Source: Candidatus Heimdallarchaeota archaeon (GTDB lineage: Archaea; Asgardarchaeota; Heimdallarchaeia; Heimdallarchaeales; Heimdallarchaeaceae). Taken from it: DNA of 35,389 nt. This document shows, in pieces, positions 1 to 9,336 of this stretch. Below the pieces are notes generated by a model. It had not been told where the DNA came from and did not search any database. It worked only from the letters and a program-made list of their open reading frames with translations. The first letter of the stretch is position 1. Each line of letters begins with the position of its first letter. The DNA is taken from positions 1-35,389 of the forward strand of contig DXJF01000029.1 of assembly GCA_019057375.1 (NCBI GenBank). The letters run 5' to 3'. A program made the translations under genes and the position numbers.

Positions 1-174
1 ATGCCATGCCCATGTACAACCAAATCCTTCTGGTCTTTCTGTATGTTCAGAGATGAACTCTTGACCTTCCTCGAAATAAGTACAAGTTGTTGCTGGTTCT
101 TTAAAGGGAAATTCTTCACCAAATACTTCCTTGGGATCTAATGTTCTTAATACTGTGATTTTTACATTCGTCAT
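1..174 (-). CDS. TIGR04076-family protein, 5' part only (runs off the window edge)
   Basis: Manual translation from ATG at 174 gives MTNVKITVLRTLDPKEVFGEEFPFKEPATTCTYFEEGQEFISEHTERPEGFGCTWAWH. The KITV...C..FEEGQEF...P.GF.C.WAW pattern matches the family. Not in the ORF track. Confidence 0.75.
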   Translation of the reverse strand, partial: MTNVKITVLRTLDPKEVFGEEFPFKEPATTCTYFEEGQEFISEHTERPEGFGCTWAWH

Positions 175-321
175 TTTTTCACTTCCAAGATTTAAAAACT
201 AAATCTCTCTCAGAACGAGTTTTACTTTTCTAGTAAAAAGAACTTTTCTGACACGCTTATAAATTTGTCTTGGTGTGGAATTTTTACTAACACTTTTAAC
301 TGTCTATACTCTTTGTACTGC

Positions 322-1245
322 GTGAGTAAATACCTAATAAAGTCTTATGAACCAGGTTTTGAAGAAGAGCAAGTAAAAGTAGGTTCAGAAGTGGTGAAAA
401 ATTGGGTTTGGCCATATCAATATGACCTAGAATCTTTAAAAAACAGATACTCCTCACCAGATTTTGATCCTGAAACAGCTCTTTTCTGTTTCAAAGATGA
501 TAAATTGATAGGCTTTACTTCTGCTACAATAGGTGTGCAAGAAGGAGTGATTGGTCCAAGTGTTAAAAGAGGTGATCAGCTGGGAGCAAGTTTAGCTCTT
601 CCTCGAGTTTTACACAATGACAAAGTAGCAGGAGATTTACTCATGGAAAAAATCCTTGAAGTGTTGGAATCTAAGAATGTTCCTTTCATTCAAGCTAGAG
701 CATCAATTATGCATACAAACAGCATTGAACTTGCTAGAAAGTGGGGTTTTAAGGAACACAAAGAATATCCTTTAGGGTATAAACTCTATTTCCATTATGT
801 TTTGGAAAAAGGAAAAATCGAAGATAAAACTGATGATGTTGAAAGATTTAATTCTGAACTAGATATTACTGATTGTGCGATAAGTGTTTCAAATTTTTTC
901 AAAGTTTCTAAGGAGAAGGCTAGAAAGGATATATTAGAAATAGATAGTTCAGATGATTTAGTAAGTCACTTGGTAATTCGAAAGGATGGTAAACTTGAGG
1001 GATATTGTTACGCATTACCAAATTCTCTGAATAAAGATATTATTGCATCCTTTCATCTTGAAGCTTCAAATGGGGAATATCTACGACAGTTACTTGTACA
1101 TGTGATTGATGATTGCTTAGAAAAAGGTGGAAAATATTTTTTGGTTGATGTGATTGGAGAACTTCTAAAATTTAAGAATGTGTTTACAAATCTAGGTTTT
1201 GATAAAGTAGCTACATGGGGAATATTTGAAAAAGTTTTGAGTTAA
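322..1245 (+). CDS. Probable tandem GNAT-fold acetyltransferase-like protein
   Basis: The ORF runs 265..1245, but GTG at 322 (MSKYLIKSY) is the more plausible start. Two halves carry GNAT-like patterns (LFCFKDDKLIGF...LMEKILEVL...LARKWGF and LVIRKDGKLEGY...LLVHVIDD...FTNLGF). Confidence 0.55.
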   Translation: MSKYLIKSYEPGFEEEQVKVGSEVVKNWVWPYQYDLESLKNRYSSPDFDPETALFCFKDDKLIGFTSATIGVQEGVIGPSVKRGDQLGASLALPRVLHNDKVAGDLLMEKILEVLESKNVPFIQARASIMHTNSIELARKWGFKEHKEYPLGYKLYFHYVLEKGKIEDKTDDVERFNSELDITDCAISVSNFFKVSKEKARKDILEIDSSDDLVSHLVIRKDGKLEGYCYALPNSLNKDIIASFHLEASNGEYLRQLLVHVIDDCLEKGGKYFLVDVIGELLKFKNVFTNLGFDKVATWGIFEKVLS

Positions 1246-1274
1246 AAGAAAAAAATGAAGTGCCATCTTAATCG

Positions 1275-2222
1275 TTATCTTCTTGATCTATTTCGTATAA
1301 AGAACATTGCTAGAACTACTAATCCTACAAACCCAAACATCCACTGTAGACTTACTGATAAGCTCTCATCGATGGTATCGATAGTAAATATCGCTTCACT
1401 TATCCGATATAGTTTGTATTCGCCATCAACTTCTCTGTATTCCTCAGTTTTCCCTTCAAAGTAATATAGTACTCCTAGACTATTATATTGAAATACTGCT
1501 TCATCAATGAATTTTTTACCTGGAAGATCTTCAATCTCTATGAAAAAAGTATATTCGTAATTATAGGAATATCCTTCAAACTTCTTACCTTTCAATCTAA
1601 ATGTTTCTTTAGATTCTAATTCAAAATCAGTAAAGATTTGTTCATAGACTGTGTAATTTGTTTCAAAACTGAAACTGGGTGATAAGACTGGCAGAAATAA
1701 ACAGCCAATATAATCCCACATACCTATTGACATTGGAAGATCTAATAGATTAACTGGTATATCAACTTCAAATCCTAGAAACTGCATGTCTCTTGGATCA
1801 ACAAATCCGAGTTTTTGCTCGGTTTCATTATAAGCATATGTTGCTTTGATACTATCTGTTTCGTTATCATACTCAAGTGCTTCTAAAAATTCCTCGTAAC
1901 CCTCTTCACATGCACAACTAACATAACCTAGAAATGTAAACCATTTTGTAGTCCTAAAGGTTATGTTGTTTTCATTACTTTTTACATCCCAAATCATTAC
2001 TTCTTCTGTGGTTGTATTTGAATATTCGACTCCACCAGTACCTTCAATGTCATATCTAGTATACTCAAAAACTCTAGAATATGAATAAGAGTCTCTATTA
2101 ATTCCCCAATAGTTTTCTGCTTGTGATGTGAAGGTCAGTGGGCAAAAAACTAGAAGAAGCAGCAAGGAAGTAAAAAGTATTTTACTCTGTTTTCTCTTAA
2201 CCCTCTGTGGCATGCTTACCAA
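1275..2222 (-). CDS. Secreted/surface protein with N-terminal signal and C-terminal membrane anchor, function unknown
   Basis: Basic N-terminus plus hydrophobic stretch (ILFTSLLLLLVFCPLTF), a Tyr/Thr/Glu-rich middle, and a C-terminal TM helix followed by RNRSRR. Confidence 0.7.
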   Translation of the reverse strand: MVSMPQRVKRKQSKILFTSLLLLLVFCPLTFTSQAENYWGINRDSYSYSRVFEYTRYDIEGTGGVEYSNTTTEEVMIWDVKSNENNITFRTTKWFTFLGYVSCACEEGYEEFLEALEYDNETDSIKATYAYNETEQKLGFVDPRDMQFLGFEVDIPVNLLDLPMSIGMWDYIGCLFLPVLSPSFSFETNYTVYEQIFTDFELESKETFRLKGKKFEGYSYNYEYTFFIEIEDLPGKKFIDEAVFQYNSLGVLYYFEGKTEEYREVDGEYKLYRISEAIFTIDTIDESLSVSLQWMFGFVGLVVLAMFFIRNRSRR

Positions 2223-2314
2223 ATAAATAATACTTAAACCATCTATTTATACATATCTAATTATTTGATACTTCATTGCTTTTATAAATGAAATACAAAA
2301 TATATACTCTTGTT

Positions 2315-3157
2315 ATGGCTGATAAAGAATTCTCTCAAGATTTAGATATTAATAATGGATCAAATGTTTGTGTGTTTTTATTCCATGGACTTTCTGCAAC
2401 TCCTTATGAATTGAAAACTTGGGCGGAAAAAATTGCTGATCTTAAAGTCGATGTCAAAGTCCCCTTACTCCCTTATCATGGTGTTGATTCAGACTTACTA
2501 TGTAGTGTAGACTCAGCCGATGAATTCTATGAGTGGGGAAGAAACTATATTGAAAATCTCAAAATTAAATATCAAACAGTAATTGGTTTGGGTATCTCTT
2601 TGGGTGCTGGAACCATTTTCGATTTTTTGGTAAACAAAGGAGGAAATCTAGATGCTGCAATATTCCTTGGCACAGGGGGATTTGCGGCTAAAGAATTAGG
2701 TCTACTTACATGGTTAGTGCGGATTTTCAACCTAAAAACTATAAAAAATCCTTTTATCAACGAATTTGATAAACTTCTTGTTCCTTTAGAATACTATAAT
2801 TGGAAGATGAAAAATTTCCCCAAAGTTCCAGTAAAGATGCTTATGAATGCTCTCTATCAACAAAAGAAGGAAGGTATCAATGAGAAACTAGCTCGAATTA
2901 ATTGTCCAGTTATGTTGATCAACGGTACTGCAGGGCTACTGACTAATAGAAACTCAGTTAAGCAATATTTTGAAGTGATTTCAGCTAAGAAGAAATATGG
3001 TCTAGTAGTTGAAGGAGCAACTCATACTGTACACAAATCTAAATTCAATGAGCAAATCTTAGAACATATAATCAAGTTTATTTCAGAGTTTCTAGATTCA
3101 AAAGAAAGCAAAGCAGAGACTGAAAGTCGGATTATTACTACCCTTAAAGATGATTGA
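2315..3157 (+). CDS. Alpha/beta hydrolase, carboxylesterase-like
   Basis: HGLSATPYEL, nucleophile elbow GISLG and a late His (GATH). The ORF opens at 2288, but ATG 2315 lies about 27 nt after TTTATAAA (2281-2288). Confidence 0.8.
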   Translation: MADKEFSQDLDINNGSNVCVFLFHGLSATPYELKTWAEKIADLKVDVKVPLLPYHGVDSDLLCSVDSADEFYEWGRNYIENLKIKYQTVIGLGISLGAGTIFDFLVNKGGNLDAAIFLGTGGFAAKELGLLTWLVRIFNLKTIKNPFINEFDKLLVPLEYYNWKMKNFPKVPVKMLMNALYQQKKEGINEKLARINCPVMLINGTAGLLTNRNSVKQYFEVISAKKKYGLVVEGATHTVHKSKFNEQILEHIIKFISEFLDSKESKAETESRIITTLKDD

Positions 3158-3159
3158 TG

Positions 3160-3495
3160 CTAGTTCTCTTCTTTTTCAAGTTTTTCCAAGATATTTTTAA
3201 ATTTGGAAAGATATGAGCTAAATTCTTCCTTTCCTTTCTCTGAAATAAAGATTATATTTATTGGTCTTTTCGAGAAAAGCATCTTCTTTGTATCTATGTA
3301 ACCATTTTCCATCAGCTTGTTCAGGTGATGATTTAGATTCCCTGCTGTAAGATTTAGTAGCTTTTGCAGCTCTGCGAAACTGATTTTCTTATGGATATAA
3401 AGAAGGAACATAATACTAAATCTAATAGAAATAGAGAATATGTCATCTGATGAAGGTAACTCTATTTCTCTATCTTCTTTATCCATATAAATCAC
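3160..3495 (-). CDS. Winged-helix transcriptional regulator (HTH_34/ArsR-MarR-like)
   Basis: ISFAELQKLLNLTAGNLNHHLNKLMENGYI...ISEKGKEEF. It overlaps the stop of the upstream membrane gene (GTGA). Confidence 0.85.
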   Translation of the reverse strand: MIYMDKEDREIELPSSDDIFSISIRFSIMFLLYIHKKISFAELQKLLNLTAGNLNHHLNKLMENGYIDTKKMLFSKRPINIIFISEKGKEEFSSYLSKFKNILEKLEKEEN

Positions 3496-4220
3496 TGAGT
3501 TTCCTTCGTAATTAATATGTTGTGTTTTTTTAAGTTCTTATATGCCCTTATCAGAGCAATAATACCACAAATCACTGCAAAAAAACTGAAGATGAATATA
3601 AAATATTCGCTAAAGAAATCAAACTTGAAAACTAATGGATCCAAAGTAACTGTGAATATATCAAAAATAGTCAAGAATGCAACAGATATTGGTAGTTCAA
3701 TTAATTTAATTCCTTCCTTTTTGTTTCTTAATAGAAAATAGCCTAAAAGTAAAGCCAGATTATCTCCCCAATAAATTTGGATTGTTCTGCCTTTGATTTC
3801 TAAAATAGTTCCACCCAAAATAGCAGGAAAGCTTTTGTAAGGTATCGAAGGAGCTACAAGGGTTTCTAGAAGTTCTGCAATCATGAATAGAATGGCAAAG
3901 AAAAAGAAAATACCTAAGAGTGCAAGTCCCAACTTAATGTAATATCTGGACACAATCTTCTTATTTCTAATTTCTAGCTTTTTTGTTGATAGAAAACCAC
4001 GAGTGAAGAAAACTATTATAACAATTATTACTACGCCTTGAAGTCCTGGATAAATATACTCAGCATTTCTTCCATAGGATATCCATACATCAAAAAGAAT
4101 AATATGTACTAGATTGGCCAAAGGAATTGTAATCAAAGCAATTCCCCACAATTTAAGAATTCTATAACTTTCATATCTCTTAGTTAATTCAATTGCTTCA
4201 AATAGATCTTCTGTAGTCAT
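3492..4220 (-). CDS. Multi-pass membrane protein, co-transcribed with the wHTH regulator
   Basis: About six hydrophobic segments and a 4-nt overlap with the regulator gene. Confidence 0.75.
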   Translation of the reverse strand: MTTEDLFEAIELTKRYESYRILKLWGIALITIPLANLVHIILFDVWISYGRNAEYIYPGLQGVVIIVIIVFFTRGFLSTKKLEIRNKKIVSRYYIKLGLALLGIFFFFAILFMIAELLETLVAPSIPYKSFPAILGGTILEIKGRTIQIYWGDNLALLLGYFLLRNKKEGIKLIELPISVAFLTIFDIFTVTLDPLVFKFDFFSEYFIFIFSFFAVICGIIALIRAYKNLKKHNILITKETQ

Positions 4221-4248
4221 CTTTCTAACCTTCTGTTACTCTATTTCT

Positions 4249-4301
4249 GTATTTAGATTATATAAAAAGAGATTATACTTTGCTCAACAAAATCTAAATA
4301 C
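4249..4301. promoter_or_regulatory. 11-bp perfect inverted repeat in a divergent promoter region
   Basis: GTATTTAGATT (4249-4259) and AATCTAAATAC (4291-4301) with a 31-nt spacer. Each arm reads as a TATA-like TCTAAATA about 25-30 nt before one of the divergent start codons (4220 minus, 4324 plus). Confidence 0.5.
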
Positions 4302-4323
4302 TACAAAATAATAAGTATCATTT

Positions 4324-5037
4324 ATGGAAGAAGCTAAATACCGCTATAATCGTGACCAATTAGTTGGAAGACTTGGAAAATCAATTGGAACAGTCAAGAC
4401 TGCTCTTTCTGACAAATATTCTACTGTTGAGATTGAATCAATTGTAGAAGATACTATTAAGGAGATAAAATTACTTCTTCCTCATATCCCATATATAGGT
4501 GGTAAAGAAAATTACTCTCTAAATGATTTCTACGACTCAATTATGCTTTTAGCTCTATTCAAAGAATTAACTAAAAGAGGGTCTTCAGTCAGGGATGTTG
4601 GACTGATAATGTATGAAATTAGAGAAATACAATCTTTCAATCAATCTAGAATAATAAAATTTCTAACTTCGAAATTGATGTTTTCATCATTTATTAAAAA
4701 TAGATTTAAGAGAAAGATCAAAAAAATGACTCAAAACAATTATCCTGATAATTGGAAAGTCGAATTTGTTGAAGGAGATGGAGAAGAATTTGATTGGGGA
4801 ATGGATTATCATGAATGTGCTGTTCGTAAATTCTATGAAAAGCATGGAGGTGAAGAATTACTCCCCTATATCTGTATGTCTGATTATGCTATGTTTAATG
4901 CACTAAAGAATGTCAAATTTTATCGAACTCACACAATCTCTGGAGGAGGTCCCTATTGCGATTTTAGATTTAAGAAGGGAGGCTCTACCCCTCGAGGATG
5001 GCCTCCAGAAGAAAGAGAGGATTTTCAATACAAATAA
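4324..5037 (+). CDS. L-2-amino-thiazoline-4-carboxylic acid hydrolase family protein (ATC_hydrolase-like)
   Basis: FDWGMDYHECAVRKFYEKHGGEELLPYICMSD...RTHTISGGGPYCDFRF, the C...C.D...RT.TI..G...CDF pattern. Confidence 0.8.
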   Translation: MEEAKYRYNRDQLVGRLGKSIGTVKTALSDKYSTVEIESIVEDTIKEIKLLLPHIPYIGGKENYSLNDFYDSIMLLALFKELTKRGSSVRDVGLIMYEIREIQSFNQSRIIKFLTSKLMFSSFIKNRFKRKIKKMTQNNYPDNWKVEFVEGDGEEFDWGMDYHECAVRKFYEKHGGEELLPYICMSDYAMFNALKNVKFYRTHTISGGGPYCDFRFKKGGSTPRGWPPEEREDFQYK

Positions 5038-5074
5038 TTTAATGTTTAAAAAATATTAAAAATAAATTTACATC

Positions 5075-7009
5075 TCAAAAAAGAGATGTATTATCTTTTA
5101 TTCTATCACCAGCTTGAGGTTCTGAAGATTCAGGTGAGGTATCAATAACCTCAAACTGACTATTATAGAGATCAGCATAGAATCCACATTGTACCAGTAA
5201 TTCTTTATGACTACCTTGTTCAACAATATCTCCTTCATTCATAACCAAGATTAGATCTGCATTTCTGACTGTTGATAATCGATGAGCGATCACAAAGCTT
5301 GTTCGATTCTCCATCAGTTCATCCATTGCTCTTTGAATAAGAATTTCTGTACGAGTATCAACTGAACTAGTTGCTTCGTCTAGAATGAGTACTGGAGGAT
5401 CAGCTAAAACTGCTCTGGCGATTGTTAGAAGCTGTTTTTGTCCTTCAGAAACATTGGTTACTTCTTCGTTAAGTTCCATATAATAACCACCTGCTAAAGT
5501 GTGAACAAACTGGTCAACATGTGCTGCTTCAGCAGCTGCTACAACCTCTGCATCTGTTGCATCTGGTCGTCCATAACGAATATTTTCAAGTATGGTACCA
5601 TTGAAGAGCCAAGTGTCTTGAAGTACCATGCCAAACATTTTACGCAAGTCTGAGCGAGTGAAATCATAAATATCGTTTCCATCTACTAAGATAGAACCAG
5701 CATTAATATCATAAAAGCGCATAAGTAATTTGACCATGGTGGTTTTCCCTGCACCAGTTGGACCAACTAGAGCAATCTTTTGTCCTGGTTTTGCCACAGC
5801 AGAAAAGTTGTGTATAATTATTTTTTCAGGATCATAACCAAAATTCACATTCTTAAATTCAACAAGTCCGTTTACCTTTTCTAGTTTAACTGGATCAGCT
5901 TCTTCTGCTACCTCTTCTGGTTCCTCTATGAATTCGAATACTCTTTCAGCTGCAGCAGCAGTTTGTTGAAGAACATTGGAGACATTAGCTAGTTGAGCAA
6001 TTGGCCTGGTGAAGTTACGAACATATTGAATGAAAGCTTGAATATCTCCAACTCCAATAGACTCTTGAATAGCTAACCATCCACCCATGATTGCAATTCC
6101 TACATATCCTAAGTTTCCAACAAATGTCATGATAGGCATCATCAATCCAGAGAAGAATTGAGATTTCCAAGCAGATTTGTGAAGAGTTGAGTTGTATTTT
6201 TCAAATTGCTCTTGACTTCTCTTCTCTCCATTGAAAGCTTTCATTACAACATGACCACCATACATCTCCTCAACATGACTATTAACATGTCCAAGGTATT
6301 CCTGTTGTTGGTCGAAGTGTTTTTGAGACTTTTTGACAATAAATGCTACTATCAATCCTGATAAAGGTATTATCACTAATGCAACTAAAGTCATCATCCA
6401 ACTGATGGTAAACATCATCACTAGTACCCCTACTACTGTAACAGCTGAAGTGATAATTTGTGAGATACTCTGACTCAAAGTTTGATTTATAGTATCTACA
6501 TCATTAGTAATGCGAGAAAGTATTTCACCATGAGTGGTCTTATCGAAATATTTGAGTTTCATTCGATTGATTTTCTCTGCAATATCTCTGCGGAATCTAT
6601 ATGCAATATTAGTTGAAACTCTTGCCATAATCCATCCTTGAATATAGCTTAAGATTCCTGATCCTACATAAAGGATTAATGTAATGTAAATCAACCTACT
6701 AATAGCAGGGAAATCAACCTCGCCTATTCCCCTAATTGTATCAATCAATCCTTCAAATAGTATTGTTGTAGCATTACCAAGAATTTTAGGGCCAAAAATC
6801 ATGGCTGCTGTAGAACCTGCTGCAATCAAAATTGCAATCAGAATGATTACTTTGTATCTACCTAGATATCTGATTAGCTTAGCCATAGTACCTTTGAAGT
6901 CACTTGCTTTGTCCCCTTTCATCATTTGACCCATTGGTCCTCCTGGCCCTCTTCTTCGACCTGGTGGACCTCCTCTTGAAGATCTTCCTCCTGGTGGACC
7001 GTGGCTCAT
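5075..7009 (-). CDS. Type IV ABC exporter subunit (TMD+NBD), consensus catalytic half of a heterodimer
   Basis: Walker A GPTGAGKTT, Walker B LILDEATS, H-loop AHRL, six-TM domain and a Gly/Pro/Arg-rich N-terminal tail. Confidence 0.95.
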   Translation of the reverse strand: MSHGPPGGRSSRGGPPGRRRGPGGPMGQMMKGDKASDFKGTMAKLIRYLGRYKVIILIAILIAAGSTAAMIFGPKILGNATTILFEGLIDTIRGIGEVDFPAISRLIYITLILYVGSGILSYIQGWIMARVSTNIAYRFRRDIAEKINRMKLKYFDKTTHGEILSRITNDVDTINQTLSQSISQIITSAVTVVGVLVMMFTISWMMTLVALVIIPLSGLIVAFIVKKSQKHFDQQQEYLGHVNSHVEEMYGGHVVMKAFNGEKRSQEQFEKYNSTLHKSAWKSQFFSGLMMPIMTFVGNLGYVGIAIMGGWLAIQESIGVGDIQAFIQYVRNFTRPIAQLANVSNVLQQTAAAAERVFEFIEEPEEVAEEADPVKLEKVNGLVEFKNVNFGYDPEKIIIHNFSAVAKPGQKIALVGPTGAGKTTMVKLLMRFYDINAGSILVDGNDIYDFTRSDLRKMFGMVLQDTWLFNGTILENIRYGRPDATDAEVVAAAEAAHVDQFVHTLAGGYYMELNEEVTNVSEGQKQLLTIARAVLADPPVLILDEATSSVDTRTEILIQRAMDELMENRTSFVIAHRLSTVRNADLILVMNEGDIVEQGSHKELLVQCGFYADLYNSQFEVIDTSPESSEPQAGDRIKDNTSLF

Positions 7010-9246
7010 GATAAATCCTCCAGTTCAAGTTGAGAAGTTGCTATCTCTCTGTAAATATCATTAGTCTCAAGTAACTCTTCATGTGTACCTTTACCAGCTA
7101 TTTTTCCATCATCGATAACGATTATTTGCTCAGCATTCTTAATTGTAGAAACTCTCTGTGTTACAATTAGCAAAGTACTATCACCTGTTTGTTTCTTTAG
7201 AGCTTTACGTAAAGCAGCATCTGTCTTGAAATCTAACTGAGAAAAGCTGTCATCAAAAATATATATTGGTGGTTTTTTAACTAATGCTCGCGCAATTGAA
7301 AGCCTTTGTTTTTGACCTCCTGATACATTCATACCTGCTTGAGCAATTTCACTTTCTATTCCATCCTCTTTAGAAGATACAAATTCTGTTGCTTGAGCTA
7401 TATCAAGAGATGATTGAAGTGCTTCTTCACTTGCATCTTCATCTGCAAAGCGTAGGTTACTTTCAATCGTACCTGAGAATAAGAAACTCTTCTGAGGTAC
7501 ATATCCTATAACTTCTCTTAAATCATATTGAGTCACTTCGCGAATGTCAACACCATCAATCAAAATAGAACCTGAAGTTACCTCATAAAATCGTGGAACC
7601 AAGTTGATAACTGTTGATTTACCAGATCCTGTTGCTCCAATAAAAGCTGTAGTTTGGCCTGGTTCTGCGGTAAAATTAATATCTTGTAGCACGTTCTTCT
7701 TCGCTCCTGGATAATTAAAGGTCACATTACGGAATTCAACTGAGCCCTTAAATGGTTCAGCAAATTTCTTAGGTTCTTCTGGATCGTTGATTACTGGTTC
7801 TATTTGTAAAACTTCATTGATTCGATTACCTGCGACTACAGCTCGAGGGAGAATGATGAACATCATAGTCAGCATCAAAAATGCAAACACGATTTGCATA
7901 GAATATTGTAAGAAAGCCATCATGTCACCAACTTGCATAGCGCCATCAGCAACTCTGTGGGCTCCTACCCAGATAATGCTTATAGAAAGACCATTCATAA
8001 TAAGCATCATAAACGGCATCATGATTACCATCACTCTGATAACAAATAGACTAACAGCTGTTAGGTCAATATTAGCTTTATCAAATCGTTTTTCTTCATG
8101 CTTTTCCATGTTAAAAGCTCTAATAACTAGCATTCCTGTAAGATTCTCCCTAGCAACAAGGTTAAGACGGTCTGTTAATTTTTGAATTATCTTAAATTTC
8201 GGAAGAGCAACTACAAATACAATCATAATCAGACCTACTAGTGCGAAAACCGCTACACCGATTAACCACCACATCGATCTGCTTTTTTGTAAAGCTCGAA
8301 CAATTCCCCCGATACCAAGTATTGGGGCATAGAAGACCATTCGAACTATCATATACATGGCCATCTGTACCTGAGTGATGTCATTAGTTGAACGAGTTAT
8401 CAGAGATGCAGTTGAAAAACTGTCAAATTCAACACTTGAGAAGCTTTCAACCTTCTTGAATAACTTACTTCGAATGTCACGTGCCATTCCTGCAGATGTC
8501 CTCGAAGCTAAATAGCTTACAGCAATAGTACATATAACTGCTAGTAAGGTCATCAAAAGCATCAGTCCACCAGATTTCAAAATGTACATATTTTGCAGTT
8601 TATCGATATTCATTCCTAGCATTTCATATTCAAATCTTACTCCAATTACTGCGAATTGAGCAAGCATAGTTTCCCCAATTTCAGTAAAGCTTTGTGTGAT
8701 TGATTCAACTATGAATGTAATGTTCGCTAGAGGTAACATACTCAACATATCGAAGAAAACTGGTGCTGGTGGGATAGTACTGATATTGTAACCCAATTGT
8801 TCCCAAATCTCTGTAGCATTTTCTGGATTAGCTAATGCTTGTTCGAAGGTGAAAACCACAACAAGTGGTTTAACAATTATATCCTCCAATTCATTTAGTT
8901 TCGTTTTCTTAATGTCGTTTAACACATAAACAGATTCATTTGCAAGAACTGGATATATTTCCGCATAGCTATCATAATCTGTAGAATTTTCATCTATTAA
9001 TGTATATGAATCGTTCACTATTGTTTGGTTTTCAGGTGCCATAAAAATGAAGAATCTCTCCAATTCACTCTTACGTATAGCAATAGGTACCGGATTTTCA
9101 ATTCCTCCTTGTTGTATTCCTGTATCAACAATATCTGAAAGATAATCAGGTAGTGCTAGTTCTAAATTAGCTTGCGCATAAAGAAGCCCTATAGATGCTA
9201 GTATCAGTAACAAGTAAGGTTTTGAGTATTTTAATAATCGGAACAT
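7006..9246 (-). CDS. Type IV ABC exporter subunit (TMD+NBD), degenerate half, with a large extracellular insertion
   Basis: GATGSGKST and VSGGQKQR are present. Walker B is degenerate (IFDDSFS) and Gln replaces the switch His (TQRV). ATG 9246 is preceded by AGGAGA, and the gene overlaps its partner by 4 nt. Confidence 0.95.
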   Translation of the reverse strand: MFRLLKYSKPYLLLILASIGLLYAQANLELALPDYLSDIVDTGIQQGGIENPVPIAIRKSELERFFIFMAPENQTIVNDSYTLIDENSTDYDSYAEIYPVLANESVYVLNDIKKTKLNELEDIIVKPLVVVFTFEQALANPENATEIWEQLGYNISTIPPAPVFFDMLSMLPLANITFIVESITQSFTEIGETMLAQFAVIGVRFEYEMLGMNIDKLQNMYILKSGGLMLLMTLLAVICTIAVSYLASRTSAGMARDIRSKLFKKVESFSSVEFDSFSTASLITRSTNDITQVQMAMYMIVRMVFYAPILGIGGIVRALQKSRSMWWLIGVAVFALVGLIMIVFVVALPKFKIIQKLTDRLNLVARENLTGMLVIRAFNMEKHEEKRFDKANIDLTAVSLFVIRVMVIMMPFMMLIMNGLSISIIWVGAHRVADGAMQVGDMMAFLQYSMQIVFAFLMLTMMFIILPRAVVAGNRINEVLQIEPVINDPEEPKKFAEPFKGSVEFRNVTFNYPGAKKNVLQDINFTAEPGQTTAFIGATGSGKSTVINLVPRFYEVTSGSILIDGVDIREVTQYDLREVIGYVPQKSFLFSGTIESNLRFADEDASEEALQSSLDIAQATEFVSSKEDGIESEIAQAGMNVSGGQKQRLSIARALVKKPPIYIFDDSFSQLDFKTDAALRKALKKQTGDSTLLIVTQRVSTIKNAEQIIVIDDGKIAGKGTHEELLETNDIYREIATSQLELEDLS

Positions 9247-9336
9247 TAAGTAATCTCCTATGAGAGAATGTAAATTCAACTAACTCGATTGAATATATTT
9301 GTATATTTAATTATTCTGATATTGTGAAATTTCGAT

